This document shows positions 9,148-18,345 of a stretch of 64,000 nt of DNA, piece after piece. The notes beneath the pieces were generated by a model, which was given only the letters and a program-made list of their open reading frames with translations, ran no database searches and was not told the DNA's origin. Made by a program: the position numbers and the translations under genes. The first letter of the stretch is position 1. Every line of letters starts with the position of its first letter. This DNA is from a virus (lineage: Duplodnaviria > Caudoviricetes), in IMG/VR virus record IMGVR_UViG_3300020308_000002, positions 1-64,000 of that record, one strand, 5' to 3'.

Positions 9148-9777
9148 CTATGATAAGCCAAAGCTGTCTGTGTCGTTTTGATTTTTCTTCCTATCCCAAG
9201 AAGGTTGATCTGAGATAGTTGGTTCTTCTTTTTTGGTTCCCTGTTGAGCTTTTGATCTTTCTAAAGCCTCTGTTCGTGATTTATTGCCAATCTCTTGTTG
9301 TTCGGTAGTTTTAGTATCTTCACCCGCTGTTAACTCAGCTTTCTTTTGGTTTCTAGCCTCATCGAAATAATTAATAGCAGATCTAACCCCTTCTAAGTCT
9401 TGCTCACCTTTAGATGATGATTGAGTCTCTTTTTGTTGGTTTTCAGCTCTTTTTCTTTCTCCTGTCTCACGAGATGCTTTATACATAGACGCCAACCTTT
9501 CTGAGGCTGTCATTCTTTGAGCAGGGATACTTTCTGGTAGCTGATTATCGTTTACGACAGACTGAGACCCATTATCAGCCATGGCTTGTATGCCATTAGT
9601 AAATTCGGATTGATTAGGGTTCTGAGAAGGTATAGGAGCTCTTTGAACGTCACCATACTGAACAGTGCTTGTGTCCTGAGCGTAAGGATTGTATTTATCT
9701 TGAGAATCCTTAGGAGAGTTGGATAATGCTAACTCTAGATTTGCTAGTTGAGGATTGTCGCCTGCAAAACGTTCCAT
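9148..9777 (-). CDS. Hypothetical protein (Q/E/S-rich)
   Basis: 209-aa ORF in a tightly packed operon. Confidence 0.7.
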   Translation of the reverse strand: MERFAGDNPQLANLELALSNSPKDSQDKYNPYAQDTSTVQYGDVQRAPIPSQNPNQSEFTNGIQAMADNGSQSVVNDNQLPESIPAQRMTASERLASMYKASRETGERKRAENQQKETQSSSKGEQDLEGVRSAINYFDEARNQKKAELTAGEDTKTTEQQEIGNKSRTEALERSKAQQGTKKEEPTISDQPSWDRKKNQNDTDSFGLS

Positions 9778-9781
9778 GTTC

Positions 9782-10258
9782 TTACTTAGATAACAGTAGA
9801 CCTAGACCAAACATTAAGTCTGTCCCTAGCTGCTGTTTTAGTTGAGGGTTTAGAATTTGCTCTTTATATGCCTTATATTGTTGTGCTGCGGCATACCCAT
9901 CGTCTTGAGCTCTTCTAGTTCCTATGCTTACCTCGTTGTCGGCAGTCAGTCCTCCTGGTCCTAGATTTGATATCTGCTGTTTTTGATTCAGTAAATTTGG
10001 AACCATTAAGTTTATATCTTTTAATTTCTGATTTCTATTCGCGTCTAAAAACTGGTCAGCTACATTTATCCCCTGAGTAGCGGCTACAGCAGAAGGCCCT
10101 TGCTCTTGTATTTTTATTTGGTTATCAGCAAATTGTCCTTGCGCTTTGATGTTATTGAAATGACTCTCGATATCTTGTTCTGAGACCTTGCCCATCTTTA
10201 AAAGAGCAGCATACTCACTTGGTGAGTAAACCTTCTTAGCATTTAACTTGAAAGACAT
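9782..10258 (-). CDS. Hypothetical protein
   Basis: Operon context; hydrophobic C-terminus. Confidence 0.7.
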   Translation of the reverse strand: MSFKLNAKKVYSPSEYAALLKMGKVSEQDIESHFNNIKAQGQFADNQIKIQEQGPSAVAATQGINVADQFLDANRNQKLKDINLMVPNLLNQKQQISNLGPGGLTADNEVSIGTRRAQDDGYAAAQQYKAYKEQILNPQLKQQLGTDLMFGLGLLLSK

Positions 10259-10295
10259 TTAAATAAGCTACCAACCTTTATTAATAATAGCTCTC

Positions 10296-10916
10296 TTAGA
10301 GAGTGCTAAAATCGAAGTTCTGTGCTGCAGGGATAAGTGGCTGTTTCAGGTCAAACATTATGGCTTCTTCCATGGCAGTGTCTAAATTTATATTGGTAGA
10401 TAATTCATTAACTTCTTTTAATAACTCACTAGTATCTTTTTGCAGTAAATCATTTTGTTCCAAGTTTTGTAAAATATTCTTTTGACTGCCGGTTACTTTT
10501 GTAGGCTTTCCACTGATATTTGTTAGTGTCGATTTCAGGGCTTCGTTTTGAGCATCTCTTGTTCCAGCCATTGGAATCATGGAAGGAGTTGCTAATTGAC
10601 GACTACCTCTCAAGTTTGAGAAAGCGGTAAGCTTGTCAGCAAGAGTAGATTTCTGTCTAAGTTCTGCTTCTTTAAGAGAATTTTTGCTTGCTATTTCTTG
10701 ACGTTCTATAGCACCTGCTTCCATTAATGCTCTAATTGCTAACTCATTCGAATATTTCTGATTATTTTTCTCGACATCTAACATTGCCTCTACAGCCGTA
10801 TCCCCAGAAGCAATAGTGCTTAAAGCCCTGGTAGACGGATTTGCAGTTCGAGCCCCAACACTAGCTAAGTATTGTTGAGACGCACTAGGGGTAAAGTCCA
10901 GTCCTCTAAAAGCCAT
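10296..10916 (-). CDS. Hypothetical protein
   Basis: Operon context. Confidence 0.7.
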   Translation of the reverse strand: MAFRGLDFTPSASQQYLASVGARTANPSTRALSTIASGDTAVEAMLDVEKNNQKYSNELAIRALMEAGAIERQEIASKNSLKEAELRQKSTLADKLTAFSNLRGSRQLATPSMIPMAGTRDAQNEALKSTLTNISGKPTKVTGSQKNILQNLEQNDLLQKDTSELLKEVNELSTNINLDTAMEEAIMFDLKQPLIPAAQNFDFSTL

Positions 10917-10921
10917 TTAGG

Positions 10922-11782
10922 TTATCTCCTAGCTAAAGAACTTTCAATCAATGCATTAGCCACGCTAGCAGCCGTTTGATTAGCATTCAGTGCTGCTTGC
11001 AATTCGTTTTGTCTTGATATTTCATCTAACATTCTACCTTGACGATAATCACGAACATATCCATCAGGAAGTAGAACTTCAGCTAATCCTCTAGCGGCAT
11101 TTTGTCCTAAGCCTGAACCTATGAAAGCACCTCCAAGACCACCTGCAAGTGTTCCGAAAGGACCAAACGCTGATCCTGCAGCACCACCACCTAAAATAGC
11201 TCCTAGCAATCCTCCTCCAGCTCTACCAGTTCCTTCTGCTAAATTGACAACCATAGGATCGTTTTTATCAGCTAACTCGGCTAACGCATCGGCAACTAAT
11301 AATACTCCTCCTAGTTTTCCTACACCTCCAATCCTTGGAATTTTTAATTGATTCATCCCCTTAGGCATGACCAATTTCCCAGTAGCAGGATTAAATCCCA
11401 TTCCAGCTTTCTGTGCTGCGGCTACATCTACATTGCCCAGTATTAAGCTATTTCCTTTTAAGGCGTTTTGGAACTGATTACTAAAGGCTAATCGATTCAT
11501 AGGTCCTGCTTGACCTCCTTTCATTCCGAATACACCCTTTGATGCATAAGGTTGATTTGCTTGGATTGCCTTGTTAACTGCTTTATTGGCAGCATCATCA
11601 AGACCACTGGATGTAACGGTAACGTTTCTATTTCTATTTACATTAAATGGCTGACTTCTATTTGTACGACCAACAGGCTCAATAATAGTTCCTGAATCGT
11701 AAGACTGAGTAATCGGAATTGTAGGTGACTGACCGCCGATATTAACCGCCGCCAATAATTTCTGCAATAAATTCTCTTCCAA
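10922..11782 (-). CDS. Glycine-zipper membrane-active protein, putative virion protein
   Basis: GGGLLGAILGGGAAGSAFGPFGTLAGGLGGAFIGSGLG. Confidence 0.7.
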   Translation of the reverse strand: MEENLLQKLLAAVNIGGQSPTIPITQSYDSGTIIEPVGRTNRSQPFNVNRNRNVTVTSSGLDDAANKAVNKAIQANQPYASKGVFGMKGGQAGPMNRLAFSNQFQNALKGNSLILGNVDVAAAQKAGMGFNPATGKLVMPKGMNQLKIPRIGGVGKLGGVLLVADALAELADKNDPMVVNLAEGTGRAGGGLLGAILGGGAAGSAFGPFGTLAGGLGGAFIGSGLGQNAARGLAEVLLPDGYVRDYRQGRMLDEISRQNELQAALNANQTAASVANALIESSLARR

Positions 11783-11837
11783 AATTAGTCACACGAATCC
11801 TATAACTAGATTCTAATGACTATCAGGAATTGACGTT

Positions 11838-12644
11838 TCAATCTTGCATATAACTCAATTTCTCTGGTTCAACCCATGGAACCATATGAGCCATATTTTC
11901 CGTGTCCATGTTCAGTTTTTTGCATCGGAAAAAATTAGGGGCATTTTCTCGATTATCTACGCATTCAATCGATGCATGAACGTAGTCTGCATTATGTCTC
12001 TTCTCAGGTCTTTCTCTCCATTTGCCGTTTACCTTTTCATACCGCTTCTCGTCAAAAGGAACATCATACTTTTCTATGTACTGCCAAACATCGTCATGAG
12101 TCCAATCACGTAATGGATATAAGAAAGCAGGTCCTTCAGGTAATGTCCTTGCTTCCACCCTTGTACCAGCATCCCCTCCAAGGATCGGATCTGAATCACA
12201 GCGTTTATGTCCAATCCATATTGCATTAAATATTGGTACTTCTATCTTCTCTTGCGTTGGTCTATTCAAAATATCTAAAGCCGTTACGAAAGGTAAATCA
12301 TCTACAGGTTCTGTGATACCTGTCGGACACGTTAAAACAGTATTGTTTATCTTGTAATAATTTTGCACTTCAAATTCATCCCCACTACGTTGCATCGCCG
12401 TGGCGAAAGGGTGCCAAGTGTGAATTAATAACCCCCAGTCTCGAATGATTTGATCATGAAATTCATATTTAAAAGGTTGCCATAATTCTCTAAAAAATAT
12501 GACAGGTACACGAATACCATGACGTCTAAGTAAATGTAATAACACCATGCTGTCTTTTCCTCCAGACCATGCAACCATGGTTGAAAAGAAATGATTTACT
12601 GATGTATCGATAATCTGATCTGTACGTTCTAACTTCGTAAGCAA
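11838..12644 (-). CDS. Phosphoadenosine phosphosulfate (PAPS) reductase family protein
   Basis: PP-loop AWSGGKDSMVL, IGHKRCD, YPLRDWTHDDVWQYI. Confidence 0.85.
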   Translation of the reverse strand: MLTKLERTDQIIDTSVNHFFSTMVAWSGGKDSMVLLHLLRRHGIRVPVIFFRELWQPFKYEFHDQIIRDWGLLIHTWHPFATAMQRSGDEFEVQNYYKINNTVLTCPTGITEPVDDLPFVTALDILNRPTQEKIEVPIFNAIWIGHKRCDSDPILGGDAGTRVEARTLPEGPAFLYPLRDWTHDDVWQYIEKYDVPFDEKRYEKVNGKWRERPEKRHNADYVHASIECVDNRENAPNFFRCKKLNMDTENMAHMVPWVEPEKLSYMQD

Positions 12645-12676
12645 ATGCGTATCCCCAATACGCTTCTCAATATACC

Positions 12677-13087
12677 TTAAATTAACGCAGCGCCAATAGT
12701 TACCCCAGCTCCAATGATTGCAGAATTTCTTGCTGCTTTAGCTTGCTTAGAGGCAGCTTCTCTAATAGCGTCAGCTTGAATCTGGGCTGCTTCCTCTGCT
12801 GCTTTAATTCCAAGTAGATCTCCTGCGAAAGCCATATTCTTCTGAGCATCCGATGTTATAGGACCTAGTCCTACTTCTAATCCTTCTTCTCCTCCGCTCA
12901 TATCAAATCCTTTTCCTACTGAATAAGCAAATGGATCATCTTTTTTGGACTTGAAGAAACCTTTAGAATTTTCAAAATCCATTGAAAACTGATCAGGATT
13001 CGGTCCAGAAAAATCACCACCATCCTTTCCGTAGTTGCCGAAATCTTTAATAGTCCAAATTGAATTAGGGTCTGTTTTAATTTCCAT
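12677..13087 (-). CDS. Hypothetical protein with Ala-rich hydrophobic C-terminus
   Basis: Operon context. Confidence 0.7.
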   Translation of the reverse strand: MEIKTDPNSIWTIKDFGNYGKDGGDFSGPNPDQFSMDFENSKGFFKSKKDDPFAYSVGKGFDMSGGEEGLEVGLGPITSDAQKNMAFAGDLLGIKAAEEAAQIQADAIREAASKQAKAARNSAIIGAGVTIGAALI

Positions 13088-13090
13088 TAT

Positions 13091-13552
13091 TTAAAACCAG
13101 CTTGTGTTTAAACGACCGCCCAAGATTGAGTCGACTGTTGGTTGACTTTGTACTTGACGATAGATAGGGGATTCGTTTACACCCATATCAGTATCCCAAT
13201 AGCTCCAAGTCTCATTACCTCCAGTAATTGCAGGATCTTCATACATTGGGTAGTCATAGTCACTATTAGCATAGATGTTGCTGGCTTGATTAGCGTTATA
13301 TGATTTGATACCTGCCCCTGCTAATGCTCCAACACCTCCAATAAGTGAATTAAAAAATGCACCGCTAGCTAATTTATCTGCTGCGTCCGTTCTCGCTTCA
13401 CCAGTTATCTCAGCTAAGTTTGTATTAGCTTTGGCAGCCAACATTTGCCTTGCAAGTTGTGTTCCCATATTTTCGTCGTAAGCACCAGACATAAGCTTCA
13501 TAGCTTCGTCATCACTTCTTATTGAGGCAAAGGGTTTAATTCTGTTAAGCAT
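13091..13552 (-). CDS. Hypothetical protein with central glycine zipper
   Basis: LIGGVGALAGAGI. Confidence 0.7.
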   Translation of the reverse strand: MLNRIKPFASIRSDDEAMKLMSGAYDENMGTQLARQMLAAKANTNLAEITGEARTDAADKLASGAFFNSLIGGVGALAGAGIKSYNANQASNIYANSDYDYPMYEDPAITGGNETWSYWDTDMGVNESPIYRQVQSQPTVDSILGGRLNTSWF

Positions 13553-15002
13553 CTACTTCCTCTGGTGTCTTCAAAGACCTTCTTAAAGATTCTAAAGCCT
13601 GTCCAAGAACAGCAGTACTTGCTAATCCTCCAGAACCGTATTGCACTGCAGATAAGAAGGCTTCTCTTTCATTAGCAGCTTTTCTTGCTTCATTTATTGC
13701 TTTCATCTCTGGAATGTTTTCCTGTAAACGAGCCTTTCTTCTTAGCTCTGCTTTTCCTTTAGCTCCTTCGAAATATTTATCTTCTGCTTTGTATTGTCCT
13801 AATTTATAAGCTAATTTATCAAACTCTTCTTCTTTAGCTGCTAGACGACTTTGAATACCTTGTTGTTTAGAAATACCCCCTCTCGGTGCAAGTAATCTCT
13901 TTCCTCCTCTTCTTAAGCCATAGCCTGTGCCAACCGCTGCTGCTACCGCTGGCAAGACACCTGTCGCTATAGGGATGCTTTTGCCCATGAAGTTAACTTC
14001 AGGGCCTTGAATACCATCTACGGTACCTTTCAAAGCACCTAGAAGATTAAAGTCTCCATCGAAAGGATTTAAGTCTGTTTTTTGGTCAAAGGTATAAGCT
14101 TTATATCGTCTATATTCTTCAGGAGAAACGTCTGGTCTTTCCTTAGAAAATTCACTATAGGGAAGGAGTCTGCCTGAGCGTCCTAGGAAGTATCTACTTA
14201 ATAATTCAGCAGCAGGAGCATCACTCTTACGAGGATCATCTTCACTTGGAATAATTGCTTTATAGCCTGGTTGACGTCCAATATTTCCGACAGCGATAGA
14301 AGTTCCTATTACAGCAGGCATGGTTGCAGCCAATCTGTATCCCCTCGTAGGTAATAATCTTGATTTAATTGTTTTTTCTTTTCCTACTGGGATGTCAGGC
14401 ATCATGTCTGTTAAAGGCTTCTCACCCATATGCATACCTTGCAAGGAGCCTAAGGTTGCCACAGCCTGAGGTGCATTTAAGAACCACCAAATAGTTCTCA
14501 ATCCGTCCGTCATAACATCGCCAGCCGCTATACCTGAAGCCTGCAACATACGTGCTCGACGTCCTAGCTTTGTACGATCACTAGGAACGGCATCTTCTGC
14601 GACTTGGGGCAATCCAAATCTAGATGTCTTAGCAACGGTGTAACCAGGATCAACAGTTTCTCTAGCTATTCGAGGATCTAAGTCTCTTTGAACCCTGTAT
14701 TCTTCTTTTTGAACTTCTGACATTCCCCCTAGAGGAACGGAAGAAATAGCATTAGCAATTTTTCTCTGCCAATTAGGGGCAGTTTCCATGCGACGTTGGA
14801 AATCATTACCCCATGCAGTAGCTCCTACATCCGAAGGAAGTGCTCGTCTTAATGCGTCTAGAGCTGAAGAGCTCATAAACATATCTTCGATAGGATCTGC
14901 CCTGACAATATCTTCAGGATTGAAGAACCTAGGGTTAGATCTAAACCCTTCTTCGAATATCCTCAAGCCATCTTGAGGTCTACGTCCTAATCCTTCAACC
15001 AT
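13545..15002 (-). CDS. Large hypothetical protein, putative virion protein
   Basis: ORF-track frame; start moved to ATG 15002, which overlaps the upstream stop; several Gly/Ala hydrophobic segments. Confidence 0.75.
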   Translation of the reverse strand: MVEGLGRRPQDGLRIFEEGFRSNPRFFNPEDIVRADPIEDMFMSSSALDALRRALPSDVGATAWGNDFQRRMETAPNWQRKIANAISSVPLGGMSEVQKEEYRVQRDLDPRIARETVDPGYTVAKTSRFGLPQVAEDAVPSDRTKLGRRARMLQASGIAAGDVMTDGLRTIWWFLNAPQAVATLGSLQGMHMGEKPLTDMMPDIPVGKEKTIKSRLLPTRGYRLAATMPAVIGTSIAVGNIGRQPGYKAIIPSEDDPRKSDAPAAELLSRYFLGRSGRLLPYSEFSKERPDVSPEEYRRYKAYTFDQKTDLNPFDGDFNLLGALKGTVDGIQGPEVNFMGKSIPIATGVLPAVAAAVGTGYGLRRGGKRLLAPRGGISKQQGIQSRLAAKEEEFDKLAYKLGQYKAEDKYFEGAKGKAELRRKARLQENIPEMKAINEARKAANEREAFLSAVQYGSGGLASTAVLGQALESLRRSLKTPEEVDA

Positions 15003-15552
15003 AATTATCCATAAGGTTAGGAGACAGTCCCGCACCTTCTAAAACAATCTTCAGCAAAGCATCGCTGCGCTCTCGTTCTTCTTGTCTTATCTGTGCTCTT
15101 AGAAGTTCTTCTCCTTCTAGCTGTGCTGTCTCATAAGCCTTATTAGTTAATGGTCTTGGAGCAAGCATTCTGGCAGGAGCACCAACAGTGAAGTCACCTG
15201 CAGTTTGGAGCAAGCCGAGTGCCTGTCCACCCGAAGGCAATTTTAGTAATTTTTTACCAAGTCCTATACCTGCAGACTGACCAACCAAAGAAGCAAGAGT
15301 ACCAATAGTGGCCTCTTCTCCTGCTATCCCTAGTCTGTCCATTGCACTTGTTCCTTCTGGAGCCGTAGCAGCCATTAATGCAGGGAAGACCAATACATCA
15401 GGTCCCCACCAAACAGCAGTCATCAAGGCTCTCTCCATTGGAGTACCTTTTGGAATCAACTCTTTTCCAAGCTTGCCAGCATTTCTAGCCAACATACCAG
15501 CCCCTTGTTTAATAAAGGGCAGCATTTTTGCTCCTGCTAAAGGTATGCTCAT
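14995..15552 (-). CDS. Hypothetical Gly/Ala-rich protein
   Basis: Start moved to ATG 15552 (ATGA overlap with the upstream gene). Confidence 0.7.
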   Translation of the reverse strand: MSIPLAGAKMLPFIKQGAGMLARNAGKLGKELIPKGTPMERALMTAVWWGPDVLVFPALMAATAPEGTSAMDRLGIAGEEATIGTLASLVGQSAGIGLGKKLLKLPSGGQALGLLQTAGDFTVGAPARMLAPRPLTNKAYETAQLEGEELLRAQIRQEERERSDALLKIVLEGAGLSPNLMDNYG

Positions 15553-15812
15553 GCGTATGGCCCCATAGGTCCGTACTGACCTCTTTGATATTGCTCCATC
15601 CACCTTGCTAAGAATTCCTTAGCGGCTGGGTCAGAGGCAGGATTATTAGCTAAATTATCAAATTCTCTTTTATTAGGTCCTGCAAACTGTTGAAACGCAC
15701 CTTCTTCATAACCACCTTTTACGGATGTCTCGTCTCTAGCCTTCTTTTGTGCGATAGCACGGTCAATCGCATTATTAGTCGTACCTAAGTGATCAGTAAG
15801 ATTATGCGCCAC
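15549..15812 (-). CDS. Hypothetical protein
   Basis: GTG-start ORF in operon. Confidence 0.6.
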   Translation of the reverse strand: MAHNLTDHLGTTNNAIDRAIAQKKARDETSVKGGYEEGAFQQFAGPNKREFDNLANNPASDPAAKEFLARWMEQYQRGQYGPMGPYA

Positions 15813-15847
15813 GCTAAGAAGATACCCTTTATTACATATAATAACTG

Positions 15848-16594
15848 CTATTGAACAGTGATAGATCCTTTCATGCTGGAGTGGTTTTGACAGATGTAAT
15901 AGTAATCACCAGTTTCCTTGAAAGAAACCATCAACTTATCGGTGTCAACTGCTGTATTGTTATTGTCTATGCGTGCCCAACCAGGATTAGTTAGACCTGC
16001 ACCTGTTGTTGCTCCACTGATATTTCCTTTTTTGATGACAAAAGGATGAGTAGAACCAGATTGGTTTTCGATAATTAAAAGCTGTCCAGCAGATAACGTT
16101 AAATTCGGGTTAGCTTGATCCGTGAGGCCACTACCATTAAATACAAACTGACCACTATCTGCGGTTACAACGTAAGAGTCTAAAGCGTCAGCAGTGATAT
16201 CTCCTACTATTACCCACTTGTCGGTCGATATGTTGAATAAATTAACTTTTGAATAAGCAAATGTATTTCTGTAGGTACCAGTCGAAGACGTGTTAGATGA
16301 AGAAGAGAACAGGTTGACTCCACTAGCTACTAAAGTTATTTGATTAGAAGCACCTGATACAAGAGTTATTTGACTTCCCTGCCTAAATGATCCTGAAGAC
16401 AAAGTAAATGTGGTATCAACAGTATCAGCAATTAAATAACTTTCTTCGTCATCAGGAGTCAGACTATAAGCTGCATCGCTGATTGTCTTAAATTCAGGAG
16501 TAGGTAGTACTTTGGTAATACCTTCTATCTTGCGTGCTGCATATAACTTGAATTGAGCAGGATCATACTCTACTTCTAAAAATCTATTAGGCAT
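15848..16594 (-). CDS. Putative structural protein with C-terminal cupredoxin-like domain
   Basis: THPFVI and YYYICQNHSSMKGSITV give a His...Cys-x2-His-x2-Met type-1 copper ligand pattern. Confidence 0.65.
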   Translation of the reverse strand: MPNRFLEVEYDPAQFKLYAARKIEGITKVLPTPEFKTISDAAYSLTPDDEESYLIADTVDTTFTLSSGSFRQGSQITLVSGASNQITLVASGVNLFSSSSNTSSTGTYRNTFAYSKVNLFNISTDKWVIVGDITADALDSYVVTADSGQFVFNGSGLTDQANPNLTLSAGQLLIIENQSGSTHPFVIKKGNISGATTGAGLTNPGWARIDNNNTAVDTDKLMVSFKETGDYYYICQNHSSMKGSITVQ

Positions 16595-16620
16595 GTCTAC
16601 AAAGAATTGTTAATTTTAGT

Positions 16621-16857
16621 TTACTTAGAAATAACGTTCTTATAAAAATTAGCCTTTCTCACCATCTTGTCAGAATATTCGTCTTTATTTTTTAAAATCT
16701 TATTAGCAAATTCCAAGCGAGCTTCAGGAGTATCGTCATATCCAGCCTTAGTTGCAGCAGCAGTAAAGGTTCCTCCTGTACCGCCTTTGCTCATAGGCTT
16801 ATCCATTTTTTTAAAAGCTTTTTTCAGCTCTTCTCCAGCTTTTCTACTTTTTGTCAT
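16621..16857 (-). CDS. Small basic protein
   Basis: Lys-rich; GTFTAAA and RKANFYKN motifs. Confidence 0.7.
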   Translation of the reverse strand: MTKSRKAGEELKKAFKKMDKPMSKGGTGGTFTAAATKAGYDDTPEARLEFANKILKNKDEYSDKMVRKANFYKNVISK

Positions 16858-17555
16858 GCTTTAAATCTAGCCATATCAGCTAAAACTTGATTTCTCATTC
16901 TGATACCGAAATCAGAATCTGTAGTAATACTAGTTTTTTCTCCGTCACGACCATAGGTAGCACCTCTATTCAATCCTCTATTAGGATCAGGGCCACCAGC
17001 TATGTTAAAAGATCCTGAATATAAGGATTGCAAGTTAGATGGAACAGAGAATGACATTGCGAATTTCCTTGAGCGAGGGGAGGAGCTAGAGCTAACGGGT
17101 CCTCGAGATCCATCGCTTCTTTCACCTACTCCATGAGTGTTGTAACTATTTTTTCTACTGTGATTGCTATAACCAAAACCTTCTGCACTAGTAGGGTGTT
17201 GTCCTTGAGTAGGGCTAAATCTTGCTGTAATGCCCCTTGCCATTTGACCAAGATGGAAACCTAATCCGGGACCACGACTAGCGGCATTTGCTTCTGCTCT
17301 AGCTTTTCTTGCAGCATTAACTGCTGCTCCGCCTGAACCCATTTTGTTACCACCTCCCCACTTCTTCCAACTACCTAATCCATGATCATAATCTTTGAAA
17401 GTTTCTTTGAAATCCGAAAAATCTTTGTCGGTAGCAACGCGACTCAGTCTTATAGCGTTGGCAATAATCTTTTCGGTGTCGTAATTGCCTTTACTATTAG
17501 CCTCTGCTATTTGATTAGCGTATCTATTTTCGTAATCAGCTATCGAATACGTCAT
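16854..17555 (-). CDS. Hypothetical protein (G/S/R-rich)
   Basis: ATGA-coupled ORF. Confidence 0.65.
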   Translation of the reverse strand: MTYSIADYENRYANQIAEANSKGNYDTEKIIANAIRLSRVATDKDFSDFKETFKDYDHGLGSWKKWGGGNKMGSGGAAVNAARKARAEANAASRGPGLGFHLGQMARGITARFSPTQGQHPTSAEGFGYSNHSRKNSYNTHGVGERSDGSRGPVSSSSSPRSRKFAMSFSVPSNLQSLYSGSFNIAGGPDPNRGLNRGATYGRDGEKTSITTDSDFGIRMRNQVLADMARFKA

Positions 17556-17629
17556 TTCTTCTGCCTTTGGTAAGCTTGTGCCAACTCTTTAGCGTGCTTG
17601 CACTTAGGACAATCAGTTTTGTTAGCCAT
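17552..17629 (-). CDS. 25-aa CxxC microprotein (MANKTDCPKCKHAKELAQAYQRQKK)
   Basis: Fills the gap between two genes, overlapping both; below the ORF-track size cut-off. Confidence 0.45.
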   Translation of the reverse strand: MANKTDCPKCKHAKELAQAYQRQKK

Positions 17630-18131
17630 TTTGTTCTTTTAGAATTCCGACAAGGAGCTCTTTAAGCATTTCTTTGTCTATAGGAGCACCAGGTTGATCT
17701 TCTTCGTAGAAGTCTTGCTGCCTACCTGACATGTTAGGAACACCTACGGCATTTAAATTATTAGCCAAGAAAGGAGCAAGATTAGCACCAGCAATTCCTC
17801 CTCCAGCCCCAGCTAAAGCGAGTGAGACAACGTTTGGAGCTACTGCGGTAACTGGGGTTTGAAGATTTGTTGGTATCTTTCTTTTTAGATTGGTTCTTAA
17901 TTGCCTATATTGTGGAGCTCTAATTCTTCTGTTGATATTTGCCGCACCTAATACACCAGCTCCTGCTCCTAACGCAGCCATGATGGACTCAAGAATCATT
18001 CGACCATCAGATTTTTGTAGCTGATTCTCTTGTAAAACATTACCGTAAGCGGATGCACCACCATGCAATGCCATACTCGCAGGTACAGCAATAGCAGGTT
18101 GAGATATCTGTCGTAGAAGTAATCTATTCAT
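17622..18131 (-). CDS. Hypothetical protein with glycine-rich hydrophobic segments
   Basis: ALGAGAGVLGAA; LALAGAGGGIAGANL. Confidence 0.7.
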   Translation of the reverse strand: MNRLLLRQISQPAIAVPASMALHGGASAYGNVLQENQLQKSDGRMILESIMAALGAGAGVLGAANINRRIRAPQYRQLRTNLKRKIPTNLQTPVTAVAPNVVSLALAGAGGGIAGANLAPFLANNLNAVGVPNMSGRQQDFYEEDQPGAPIDKEMLKELLVGILKEQNG

Positions 18132-18345
18132 CTACTAATTCTATAGCCTGAAATTTATTAGTTTTATAAACATACTCATGGATCAGCCATGTATGCGTGT
18201 TAAAAATTAAAGTTGATAAAATTACGACTCCAACAGGGTCGAAACCTCTCTTATCAGTGATAGCACCAAGAACAGCATATCCTTGAGCTGTATGCTCCCT
18301 CATCTTTTCAGGAGTAATTTCAATTAAATGTTTTTTTCTTGCCAT
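18124..18345 (-). CDS. Hypothetical protein
   Basis: TAATG-coupled. Confidence 0.65.
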   Translation of the reverse strand: MARKKHLIEITPEKMREHTAQGYAVLGAITDKRGFDPVGVVILSTLIFNTHTWLIHEYVYKTNKFQAIELVDE

